Shown here in pieces: positions 14,358 through 26,240 of a stretch of DNA of 64,000 nt. Each line of letters opens with the position of its first letter. The first letter of the stretch is position 1. A model generated the notes under the pieces. It was not told the DNA's origin, ran no database searches, and worked only from the letters and a program-made list of their open reading frames with translations. Source of the DNA: Felis catus (lineage: Eukaryota); the NCBI RefSeq assembly GCF_018350175.1, contig NC_058368.1, forward strand, positions 198,960,001-199,024,000, written 5' to 3'. The translations under genes were made by a program, and so were the position numbers.

Positions 14358-14949
14358 TAGCAACAGTATCCTTAATCCACAGGAGAAGGGAGCTTCACCT
14401 GGGGTTCTTCACACCTTGTTCCTATTCTCTCCCCACCCTAATACACACATTCATACATGCTCGCATACTCCTATTCAGATCTTTTTTTATTTTTCTCTTT
14501 GATTAAACCCTTGTTTATCTCTTAAGATACAGTAAACTCTGATAAAGGCTAGTGCACCCATGTTTACCCAGTCAGGTCGAACATGGGCTATCCTCTTTCC
14601 TTCATCCCAACCCTTGTCCTTATTTCATTAAGCTCACCATAATGAGATCCCACATACATGATTGAATTTGTTAGACTTCTACATGTAGTGGTGTAATGAA
14701 GCTGGGCTGTAGTTAATTAGCTTTGCTTGATTATGACTCATATCCCTTTTCTTCTCCTTTCCATCCAGGCGTGGAAAACCAAAATGGTGATCCCTGATTT
14801 GCTTTTCTGTGTCTGAGAAGATCTTGTGATGGCAGGGAAGGGAACAGGGGTTTATACTCTGGATGGATCTTTCCATCTTTGCCTCAGGTTGCCTGAATAC
14901 TACTTCAGATCTATTTTTCCAAAATTGGGCACTACTAGTGATGGTTGGT

Positions 14950-15146
14950 TTTTGTTTTTGTTTTTGTTTTTTAATGTGTTTGTTTGAGAGAAAGAGAGAA
15001 AGAGGGAGAGGGAGAGAGAATCCCAAGCAGTCTCCATGCATCAGTGCAGAGCCCGACATGGGGCTCAAAGTCATGAAGAGGGAGATCATGACCTGAGCCA
15101 AAATCAAGAGTCAGACACTTAACCAACTGAGCCACCCAGCCGCCCC
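14950..15146 (-). mobile_element. CanSINE
   Basis: gagatcatgacctgagccaaaatcaagagtcagacacttaaccaactgagccacccag. Confidence 0.93.
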
Positions 15147-15382
15147 ACAGCTAGCAATAGTTTTAAGGATTTTGTCCATCTAACTTTCCCATCTTCAACC
15201 CAGTCTTTTCATGGAGTCTTCCTACTCCTGGGCACCACTTTAAAATATTAAGTATGAAAATAAATGAGAAGTACCCAGCACAGAACTTTTAGGCCAAGAT
15301 GGCAGAATAGAGTTAGATTCTAGAACCTTTCCCCAAAAGCATTATGAAATAAATTTAAAATCACTGTTTTAAAAAAAGGGAA

Positions 15383-15617
15383 GGGACGCCTGGGTGGCGC
15401 AGTCGGTTAAGCGCCCGACTTCAGCCAGGTCACGATCTCACGGTCTGTGAGTTCGAGCCCCGCGTCAGGCTCTGGGCTGATGGCTCGGAGCCTGGAGCCT
15501 GTTTCCGATTCTGTGTCTCCCTCTCTCTCTGCCCCTCCCCCGTTCATGCTCTGTCTCTCTCTGTCCCAAAAATAAAAATAAAAACATTGAAAAAAAAATT
15601 TTTTTTTAAATAAAAAA
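15383..15617 (+). mobile_element. Young feline CanSINE
   Basis: Near-identical to the 7007 copy, CpG-rich; TSD aaaaaaagggaa. Confidence 0.97.
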
Positions 15618-15721
15618 AAAAAAAGGGAAAAAATGTTAACAGAAACCATCCAAGTTAAGAACACCATACCCAAATCTTCCCCATGTTCTTCGGTCTCCCA
15701 TGGCTGATATTACTGCTAATT

Positions 15722-15850
15722 CACACATGAGGAAACCGAGCTTTGAGAAAAGGAAGTTTCCCAGTGTCACACAACTAAGGGTGGAAGGTCAAGGTCAAAT
15801 GCAGATTGGTTTGTGTCCAAAGGCTGTGGTGTCTCTGCCCACACTGCCCC
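15722..15850 (-). mobile_element. MIR fragment
   Basis: atgaggaaaccgagcttt...cccagtgtcacacaactaag. Confidence 0.6.
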
Positions 15851-16677
15851 CTCACATTGCTGCCTGATGCCGAGTACATCCGTAACCCTTCTGGGGGCTC
15901 TAGTTAACTTCACAAAATGAGGGACTGGCCTGCAAGGGCCTTCCCGGCTCTAAAGTTTTTCTGTGTTTATGGTTAGTGGAATGAGGAGAGTACATTTTAC
16001 TTTAACATAAATTTATTTGACTTTACATTTAATAGGAATGGCCATATATTTCAAGTTTAAATACATATTTACATATTTCTGCAGTCGGGAATTTTAGATT
16101 ATATAAACCATTTTTGTTTTCTCAACTCATTTTTCAGGTGCTTTGGAATTTCACTGCTGTTCTTTTTAACTTATGATGTTTGCAGTAGTAAAGTGGGAAA
16201 TTTTTATCAAAATGTTCATTTTTCCCCTATATTATTTTCTCTCTGTTTAACACTTCTCAGTGAGCTGGGAATGCCTGAATCTGATGTAGTTTGAGGCAGA
16301 GAAGCAAAACAAAATCAGATGATCCATTTAGAGGTTAAATCCGTAAGCTTGACCTAAACAAACTGAGTTAACTAACCAAAGCTTACATGAAGGAGACTGC
16401 AAACTCCTGGTTCTAAGAATTTATCATCGAAAAGATAAACGGACTGATGTCATTGTACGTCTAATTTACGTGTGTGTACTCCATAAACAGCACATATGTC
16501 CATGTTCACAGCTGCAAAGTAATAGCAGAGCTGAAGTGAGGATTAGAGGAAACCGTGGTGGTGTGCAGGGACAGGAAGTGGAGAGCACCCGGGGGACAAT
16601 GGTGGATGGAATGGAGTTGCTTAGGGATGAGGTCACAGTCTGTATTTGAGGCAGGACTTAGAAGTTGGGTGAGCGGT

Positions 16678-16900
16678 GGGGCACCTGGGTGGCTCAGTCA
16701 GTTGAGCATCTGACTTCGGCTCAGGTCATGATCTCGTGGTTCTTAGGTTCAAGCCCCGCATCGGGCTCTGTGCTGACAGATCAGAGCTTGGAGCCTGCTT
16801 CAGATTCTGTGTCTCCCTCTCTCTCTGCCCCTCCCTGACTCACGCTCTGTCTCTCTCCCTCTCTCAAAAATAAACATTAAAAAATTAAAAAAAAAAAAAA
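16678..16900 (+). mobile_element. CanSINE
   Basis: ggggcacctgggtggctcagtcagttgagc head, CT tract, polyA; TSD-like ttgggtgag. Confidence 0.96.
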
Positions 16901-17831
16901 AGATTGGGTGAGTAGAGAAGAGAGAGCTGTCCCCATCTTTCCCTGGCCACTCCCTGGCCTGGCCCACAGTCAAGTGCTACTTAGCCCTGGGGCCACAGGC
17001 TGCAAGCTTCCCTCCCTGTGGCCAAGGAGTCAACATTCAGCATTCCTTCCTCATCCCTTCTTGTAGGAGTGTCAAGTCCCTGCCTAAGAGGGGATCCACA
17101 GGTATCCAGCCTTCCTCTGGGTAAATGTTAACGTAACGTAACGTAATAACGGGGCTACTTCTGACCATGCTTTTCTTGTCTCCACTCTGTTCACTCACTG
17201 TTCTTTGAGCACCTTACATCTGCCAGACTCTTTGCTGGGCCTTAGGTAAACAGTGATGAACAAAAGAAATGGTACCTGAGCTGATGAATTACTGATGGGT
17301 GCAGGAGAGAATTTAAAAGTCTAGAAGGGAATACATGTATCACACACAAAAATCAAGGAAAAGGATCTGGGACTGAAGTAGAAAATAGCTGAGGGTGCAT
17401 TGGGGAGCCACCCACTAGAGGATTAGGTCATTTCTCTGTTTCATCCCTTTCCTCGTATATTCCAAGTCTCTTGCTCAACCTATTTGACCACTCCCTTCTG
17501 GACTTTCCCTAAAGCCTCATATCTCGGCTGTCTGTCTGTGGAATTGATAATCTTTTCAAACTCCTTTTAGTTAAAACCCAAGTATTTATTCAAGGCCCAT
17601 TATGTGTTTGGCCATGTGCCAGGCATGGTGGTGTTTACCACATAGATCTGAGGCCCTGCAAGATCCTTGTAGGGACCTGAGTTCATTCTCTGTCCTTCAC
17701 TTGCTGTGCTTCTCCTTTCGTGGCTTTTACCTTCTGTAGCCCACGTACCACAGGACCAGGAGTCAGGGTAGCTATCTCCCTTTTGCCCTACTTTCACATT
17801 CAGACCATTTGTCTTCCAGTTAAAAATCCCA

Positions 17832-18005
17832 GGGGTGCCTGGGTGGCTCAGTCGGTTAAGCGTCCGACTCTTGGTTTCGGCTCAAGTCATGGTCTCACAG
17901 TTTGTGAGACCAAGCCCTGCATCAGGCTCTGCACTGACAGCACAGATCCTGCTTGGAATTCTCTCTCTGCCCTTCCCCCACTCGCCGTCTGTGTCTAAAT
18001 CAATC
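17832..18005 (+). mobile_element. CanSINE (tail eroded)
   Basis: ggggtgcctgggtggctcagtcggttaagcgtccgactcttgg. Confidence 0.92.
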
Positions 18006-18149
18006 AGTCCCAGTTCCTTTGTGTCCTAAGCCCTTACACCATTCTACCTGCTGTCCTGCTGGACACATTCTCTGCAACCTTCTCTTCGGTCTGCCCATCA
18101 TTCATTGACACTTCAGAGTAACAGGTCTCACCCTTCTCCCCGTGGCTCA

Positions 18150-20075
18150 GTCTGTCATTCTGGGGAATCTGGCCTCCAGGTAGAAAATCATCCAGCTCCC
18201 CAGACTCTCGGTTCTGTGAGCTCTTCCCTGCATTCCACCTAGGCTTCCCTCTGAGGCCATGTTGTCTACTAGACAGTGCTGTCTGCTGGCGACAACACTA
18301 GGAGAGCTGCTCCACCTTTAAACCTCATTCTCAGTCCCTAGAACCTTGACAGCCACATGCTGGTTTTCAGCTCCCTCCACACCTGCATCTGAATAGCCAA
18401 GCATGGCAGGAGGAAAAATCGGCAGCAGCCCTGACTGATAACTGTAAGGCCCTAGTGGCCCCAAATATCCTGGCAATCCTCCTGCATTTCCCTAGTCAGT
18501 GCTCTGAGGAGGACCAGTTCATACTTTCTCTCCTGCCACAAGCCTCCCACATCCCCTTCCCCTTCTCAGTGAATGACCCTGCTGCCTCTCTCACTGAGAA
18601 AATGGACACCATCAGAAAAGAGCTTTTATCTTCCCCCAAATCTAGTAGCTTACTTCACGCTCTGCCTGAAGCTGAATCCCTTTCCCTTTCATCTACTGAA
18701 GTCACGCTTTCTTTACGGCCTTGTCAGTGGATCCAGTCAGGATACAAAATGCTGTTATGTGGCCTATTAAGTGTTTTTTTAATTCTTTTCTACCCCCGTA
18801 CCCCTACTCCAGCCAGCTCCTTTCTTGACTCTGCAAGCACACCTCTGTAGTAAGACTCCTGGAGAGAATATTTATTGTTTGTTTGCTGTCTCTATTTCCT
18901 CTTGAAGCCATACCAGGCAGACGTCTTATGATTTGACTCCTGAGCAGTCCATAGTTGATCCATCCTTTTCTGAAGGACTTTCTTCGCCTCTACATGTTGG
19001 AATGTGGGCCTCATTTCTTGGACCTCTTCTCCAGGCACACGCATATCCCAGGTTGATCTTCTTTTCTGGTGCTTTCAAATACACTGATGACTCCTACCTT
19101 TATATCTATAGCTGCACCTTCCACACTATTCCCATGATTCCTCAGCTTCCCAATGTTTGTCTGATGGCATCTTACATTTAAGGCCTGAAGATTTCTGGCC
19201 TTCTGCCCACCCCATTCCTGCCCAAGCCCAGCTCCTGTTGCAATGTTTTCTATCTTCGTAAAAGTAGCATGCTTTCCATGTCCCACCCCCATTTACCCAA
19301 TTCCCAGGCACTGGTTTTCCTCATCCCTCCACATGAGCAAGACCACTTGGTTTTATCTTCAAGATATATCCTAAACTGGTCTACGGTATTAGCATCGTTC
19401 CCACCTGGACCCTTGTGACTACTTCCTACCTGGTCTCTGTCCCCATTCTTACCTGCTTGCATTCTGAACACAGAAGCCCATGATCTTGCAGTATGAAATT
19501 AGATTATGTCACTCCTCTTCTGAGAACTTTGCCGTGGTTTCTCATCACACAGAAAATAAATCACTCCCTTGATCCAGGTCGTAAGTGATGTAGCCCTTGC
19601 TTAGCTCTCTGACTTCCTTTTCTTCTGCTTTCTACATCATTAGCTAAGTTCCAGTTACAATGACTCTCTAACATATTTTTGTTTGATTGTTTTGATAGAT
19701 AAAATTTCATTGTAATAAAGAAGAAAAGCAGACCTGAAATGAACACTCTTAACCTAATCTTCCTGTGAATGTCTTGCTCACTCCTGCTCAGAGAAGGCTT
19801 CCCTGATATCCTATCAAAAACAGCTGTCCCAGACACTCCTGCCTCCAAAAAAGCTCTGTTTTCTTAATATGCTTTAATTTTCTTCAGGGCACTTACCATC
19901 ATCTGAAATTTTATTTTATATATGTTCTTTTTTTCAATTGATTGACTTGCATACATTCAGTCATCCTATTAGAATGGTACCTCCAGGCTAGCAGGGACCT
20001 CCTCTGTTATGGCTGCGTTATATCCTCAGCACTCGAAATAGCGCTATCACATAAGTGGCTCTCAAAAGATTTAGT
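18150..20075 (+). mobile_element. L2 LINE, long degenerate ORF2 plus 3' end
   Basis: Relic RT motif FKYTDDSYLYI near 19080 (compare L2 YADD-x-Q-I-Y), ttagattatgtcactcctct, agagaaggcttccctga, and 3' end ctattagaatg..cctccagg..gcagggacc. Confidence 0.85.
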
Positions 20076-20127
20076 AATTCTATCTTCTCCCACTTAAAAA
20101 AGGTTTTTCTTAAAAACTAGGCAGTGA

Positions 20128-20330
20128 GGAACACTTGAGTGGATCAGTCAGTTGAGCGTCCAACTCTTGATTTTGGCTCAGGTCATGATCCCAGGGTCAC
20201 AGGATGGAACCCCACATCAGGTTCTGAGCTAAGTGTGGAGTCTGCTTAAGATTCTCCCTCCCTCCCTCCCTCCCTCCCTCCCTCCCTCCCCCCCCCACAC
20301 ATTTGCCCCTCCCCAATTTGCATGAACACA
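20128..20330 (+). mobile_element. CanSINE (older)
   Basis: cagtcagttgagcgtccaactcttgattttggctcaggtcatgatcccagggtc followed by (CCCT)n. Confidence 0.88.
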
Positions 20331-21078
20331 TGCAGACATAACACTTGTGCTGTCAGAGTTTTGCCCTGACAATGAAGCTCTGCACTTCCCACTTCCACTC
20401 AACAATTTCTTCTTCAGTACTTGGCACATGGCCCCACCCAGCTGTAGGGCACCTGACCCCATGCTTCTACAAGGCATCCACATGCAAAGAGCCAGAAATT
20501 TCAGGAAATAGCAATGCTAATTACAATTGTATTACAAAAAAATTTGAAAGCTAAAAGAAGAAAAATAAAACCATTCACTACCCTCTCATCTTGATATAGC
20601 TTCAATGATTATTTTTATGTATTTCTTTTCCTTGTTTGCAAATCCTACATATACATTTTTCCTTTGGATTATGAAATCTGTAATTCACACAAAAGAACAT
20701 AACAGACTGCACAGTCTTAATAAATGTTGATATCTTGCCAAATATATTTCATGGTTATTTTTTAAAGAGAAACTTGATAAGTAACTATTTGATTCCATCT
20801 CCTCCCTGCCTTCTAAGAGGTGACTGCTGTTTTAAAGTTGGGGTATATTATTTTGTGTTGGTTATCTTTCTGCAACTTTCTTTTAGTTCACACTTTAAAA
20901 ATACTACATAAGTGATTCTTTGTGTGAAATTACCCCAACTTCCACATCTGGGTATATTTCCCTTATCCCTAAGCTGATGCATGGGCAACCTAGAATGGCA
21001 ACCTACCTTCTTTAATCACTTACTGTGGCCCAGCCCCCCTGCACATTGTTCTATACCTTCATAAAACCTCCTCTCTTC

Positions 21079-21280
21079 TTCTTCTTCTTCTTTTTTTTAA
21101 TGTTTATTTTTGAGAGAGAGCACGAGTGGAGATGGGGCAGAGAGGACACAGAATCTGAAGCAGGCTCCAGGCTCTGAGCTGTCAGCACAGAGCCTGATGT
21201 GGGGCTCGAACCCATGAACCATGAGATCATGATCTGAATCAAAGTCAGACGCTTAACCTACTGAGCCACCCAGGTGCCCC
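21079..21280 (-). mobile_element. CanSINE
   Basis: Ends ctgagccacccaggtgcccc; TSD aaaacct(c/t)ctctcttc. Confidence 0.96.
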
Positions 21281-24200
21281 AAAACCTTCTCTCTTCGAAT
21301 CAGTTACTTTCTACTTCTGAGATTATCCTGGTCTCATATGTGACACAAGCAGTATTTCTCTTTCTATTGGCATGTTTCAGTTGTATTGTCTGGAAATCTT
21401 GAACATGTTTATCTGTGATACCACTCTTAGAGTTCAAGCTCTCGGTAGACAGTGTCTGTACAATTCTCTCTCTTCAACACCAGCCACAGTTAGGCACTAA
21501 GAGGCAGTTGCTGGTGCAGGGAAGCTAAGAAAGAGACAGGGATAACTCAGAGAGGAACCACCAAATACATAACCTGTGCCTCATCAGGAACATGGATCTG
21601 GCTTGCTCTTACCTAATAGTTCAGATGTGAAGTGATCTTGGACTGGCCAGGGTTCTATGGTTGCCAATTATAGACAATTGATCCGGTTTGAGATTCACTG
21701 GAGCCAGTGGAATTTGTAATTTCTAGCGTTCTTTGGCAAAACCAGAAGTAGGCATCACTTACCTTCATGTACTTGGCTGAAACCTTGAAAAACTTCAACT
21801 CATAAGAAAACAATTTAAATCAAATAATCCTTGCTTCGTTTATTTTTAATGACAAGCCAATTCTGTAGGGTTTTTCTGCATGAACTTACCCAACCTCCTT
21901 AAAGAAGAAAAAACCCTTCCTCAGATGTGGAAATTTATTTATCTGTTCCATTCCGTTCTTTTCTAAGAACAGCAAGTTTTCCGTGTATTTCTGTATACAT
22001 AATCTTTTTTTTTTTAAGGATTGTGGGCACATTTTATTGTGTAATGATGTGTAATGTTAGATTTCTTCATATTTTAAGTCCTTTAAAAAATCCTACAGAA
22101 GTAGAAGGAAAGGAGAATGAGGAGGAGAGGAAAAGAAGCAAAGAATGACTAATACTTGGGTTTAATAAAAAATCACATTGAGAAATAAACCAGTGAGATT
22201 TAGTAAGGTAAAAATCTGTCAAATCTACTCATTATTATGAAAATAAGTAATAAAATATTCATCTCACAAACGTTCAAAGGAACCTCATGGACTAACCTTG
22301 GTAATTAATCACTAAGCTTTAATGAGCAATATAATAAACTTTTCTTGTAAAAGCCCGACCTAGTATAATTTTTGACGAAATAGTTTGTTTTTACAGAATA
22401 AAGCTATGAAGACATTTTGAGAATTAAGTCAGCTGCATTATGTGATTATTAAACTATTGGCTGTTCAGTGTACATTCAAATTATTGGAAGTTCAAAAGAA
22501 TTGACATCACATTAGAAATGCTTTTTCTATTTTTCATATGAAACCTAAAAGTTCCAGAAGTTATGGGCATAAGTGAAGTGTGTGTGTTTTTCTCCCCCAC
22601 CCCCCCTTTTTTAAAATACTTAATTGTTCTCTATTAAATGTAAAAGCATGACATCCAACTTCTGTGTCTATGAAAGTTTAGAAATAACCTATGGGCATTT
22701 AATACTATACTAGACCATGCATAATGAGTGAATTCCTGTTAACTTCATTTCTTGTTGAGGAAAAATTCTTCAGATATGTATAAGTAACTCCCACCAGAGA
22801 AGCTGGCTTTTTCTTAGCCATCTTTGGCACTTTGATTTCTACTCTTGATCTCTTTCAAAGTTTGATTTTATTAAATTGCTCAAAGGTAGAGGGAAAAGTT
22901 TATGGATTTTTTTTCTTTCAACAAGTTAAGAAAATGCAAATCTACTGTGTCCCTGTGGAATTAAGCAGTACTGTAGCACTGGTTGGTCTGGTTTTAAAAA
23001 TTAAGGCCTTTGTTTTATTTCAAGCAAAACCCAAAATGTTTCTTTTTTTTTTTTTTCCTGGATAAATCTCTGGGTAACACATTTAAATTACAGATTTCTG
23101 TGCATATTCATTAGTATCCTATAGTGCTTAATTTTAGTCTTGTATGAATATTAACCCGTAGACTTCAAATGGAAAGAATATTGGGAATCATGAGTGATAT
23201 AGTATCTAACTTTTTATTTGTAAAACTGAAATATTATGAGTGAATATTTTCCTTAGTCCAAAAGCCATGCTTATTATCACTTATGTTGTTGAAATTGCTT
23301 TTTACTTTCAGTATAGCCTTTATATATTCTAGAAAGAAGAGAAACGAGTGATATGGAAGATGGACTTCCTAAGAAATACTCAGTTCACATTTAAACTATT
23401 TGCATTTTTTAATAACTAAAATGCTATTGGCTATTTTTCTTAATTTTTGAGAGAATTAGAATCTTAAAGGGCTAAGATGCCTTTGGGATGATCTGTATCC
23501 AGCCAGTGGTCCCCAAACTCATTTTGTCTTTGTTTAAATGACTGTTAGAAACAGGATATTGGTGGGAAGTAAATATATTTGAGTAATCCATTCTCATGAG
23601 TTTCAAGCAGAAATTTTCTGTAATACCAAAAAACTTGCAAAGATTAAGTAATGTGACTTAAATTTTTTTAAGGTGAATGTGTGCACTAATTCAAACAATA
23701 TAACTTTTAACCCAAGGAAACCAGAAGGAAGGCAACCTTAAACAAGAGAAAAACGTTAATGGCATCGCTAACAAACTGTAATGTCAGTAAGATGGAAACT
23801 GACATACAAGCATTAACATGAAATATAAGACTATGGGAAGATGCGGAAGATAGGAAATACTTTCATAAGGAAATTATTGGCAAACAATAGTTCTCTAAGT
23901 GAAAGGAAAGGTCAAGGTACTAGAAGAAAAATAACAATTGCCTTTTTATTCACCATGACAATGAATGCATTTGGAGCTCTTCCTAAACCTAATCCAGGTA
24001 ATGATGCTTGAAATATACTTAATTTGGGTAGTTGAGGGAAATATATTCTGGAAGAAATGTAACCAAAATATCATTTGAGTGTGAGTCTAAGAGTCTTTAC
24101 GGTGACTAACCTAGAAGAAATCTCTAATACCTTAAAGAATTTTAGTGTAGTTTTATGATGTTGAGAAATCTGTGTGGATAAATAGGGAAGGATGACATAA

Positions 24201-25280
24201 CCATAAAAAAATAATTCTCATTCATTCTGATTCACTACAGAAAGGGTAAACTGAGGCTAATGTGGTCAGACAAGAAAGCAATGGGTATCACAAACACCAA
24301 TAAGAACTTTTTTTTAATGTTTAAACAACCTGGTGAAGAGAATGGTTGGAACATCTTGGACAAAAGATTGATGTGTGCAAAATAATGTAATGGTGGTCAG
24401 GAAGAAAATATATGCAGGCTGTTTTGGAAGTATGATTTGACTTCTTAATTCTTTGCAAAGAAAAGTAAGAGTATTTACCCACACGTGTGGTGAGGAGGTC
24501 TCCTAAAGGAAGTGTGTAGCATTGTACTTCTGTTGCTCACCACATGTTCTTGGTGTTGTAGGCATTATACGCCAGTCTAAAATTTTTCTCTATTTTTCAT
24601 GTTACCCAAGAGGAAATGTGAACAAACTGCCTTTGTGACTTAAAAAAATAAAAAGAGGAAAAGATAAGAAATGACAGCAAAATAAAACATGTTGCATGCT
24701 TATAAGCTCTTAAACTGTGAAGACCATACTCTTTTGTTTGAGGGTGTTTATTTTAACAATCCTGTGGATCAAGAGACAATTATTTCAGCATTTTAGTAGT
24801 GTGTGTATCTCTGATAATGAACACTGACCGTTATCTCTACTGTCATGAGAATGAGTATGAACATAGATCTGACCTTGATAGGAACAGCCCTGGGAATTGT
24901 TTACCCTCGAGTGGTGGGGATATTGCTCTTGTACTGGTTGTGCACGGTTTGAGCTGGGAAGTCCCTTAAAGCCCCTGTGCTCTCTTTGCCGTTCCGTAGC
25001 CAGCCCTGACTGCTCAGACTTGGCACATCATACTTGGTGTCATTGATACTACGATTCTTATTTTGTACTTCCATGAGGGGCTTTTCTCTTAAGTATTAGA
25101 AGTTGTTTAAATTCTTGATCTGAGAGTTATCCTAGAAAAGAAGAATCATTGTAAATGTGCTAAAAACCAAATAAGACTTTTTAATAACCCCGTGTCAAGC
25201 TGTGTGTGTGTGCGTGTACATGTGTGTGTGTGCGTGTGTGCACTGTACTTATTCCATGATAACCTTTTATCTCCTGGACA

Positions 25281-25583
25281 CTTAATTTGTCATTTAGGAC
25301 ATCTGTGGTTAGGAATAGAAAGCCCATTTTGTAATTGGTCATCATGCCAGAGGTGAAAGCCATTGACACTGAACCTCTGGGGAGGGAGAACTCTTGGCAG
25401 AGTTCACTTTCAGTGGGTGTTTTTTTCAGTTCTGTCAGGTCTGTGTTCCCTTGGGGGAATTTGTACCCAAAGAGTATTGAGTTTTTTCTGTTGATTTTTT
25501 TCCAAAAGCATGTGTTTTCTGCATTCCTATTTTATGGTTCCTTGCTAAGGAGGAACAGTTCCTTTCCTTATTTGGTTTGGATT
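25281..25583. repeat. Copy A of an unclassified ~300 bp diverged direct repeat
   Basis: Eight collinear blocks shared with 29361-29672, for example tgccagaggtRaaagccattgRcac, tttgtacccaaag and ccaaaagcatRtgttttctgcattc. Confidence 0.92.
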
Positions 25584-26064
25584 TGATTAGCAACCTTTGG
25601 GATTCGGTTAGTCTTTTTAAAGTAAAACAAGTAAGAGGTAGCAGAGGGTGGTGGAAATACCATTGGGCAAGGAAGCAGAGCTCTGGGCCCAGCTTTTCAT
25701 TTAGCCAACCCTAGCAGAGGAACTCTCACTGCTAACTGAGTCCCATCGTCAGGTTATATGCAGATGAAAGCACCAAGCAGTGGGAACATTGGGCATTCAG
25801 CCTCCCATGAATTGCACAATTCTACATTCCTTGTAATGATGGTAACAGCAATAGCGGCTATCACATATTTTATAGGCACCGTCTGTAATTCCCACAGCAG
25901 CCCTGAAAGATAGGTATATATTCAGATAAGGATGCACACAGGTCTGTGCGGTATCATACAGGTAGCAAATGGCACAACCAAGGTTGAAACTCCATGTCAA
26001 TGCGGTTGCCCTAATAGTCCAATTTTTCCAGGCTAGACACAAGTGCACAGCTATGCATATAGGT

Positions 26065-26240
26065 TTTACAGTCAGACAGTTCTTGGTTTAAAGCTCAGCT
26101 TTACGACTTTGTCAGTGTGTGACTTTGGGCTAATTGTTTACCCTTCCTCTGAGCATTGTTAAACCATAACAGCACAGCCACATCAAAATCATAAAGTTGT
26201 CGAGGGCAAATACACAAAACTATGTAATGCACTCAACAGG
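26065..26240 (+). mobile_element. MIR SINE
   Basis: agtcagacagttcttggtttaaagctcagcttt...tgtgtgactttgggc...cttcctctgagc. Confidence 0.7.

Noticed and set aside
14679..15107. 142-aa ORF and similar ORFs containing AQVMIS or GSSPASGSVLTAQSLEP
   Set aside because: These are translations of CanSINE sequence, recurring at 13720, 21051, 39568, 44784 and 59105.
17128..17151. (TAACG)n short repeat
   Set aside because: Three to four units of a simple repeat, with no further structure.
21763..21783. Possible 21-nt minus-strand microexon with a perfect AAG|GTAAGT donor
   Set aside because: The acceptor is a weak AAG with a short pyrimidine tract; isolated consensus donors are common (another lies near 38475).
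23640..24450. A-rich stretch possibly derived from an ancient CR1/L3 LINE
   Set aside because: Too degenerate to support without an HMM search.
24840..25280. Possible extension of the 4.08 kb-offset duplication into the upstream flank
   Set aside because: Only scattered short matches to 28920-29360, and they are not consistently collinear.
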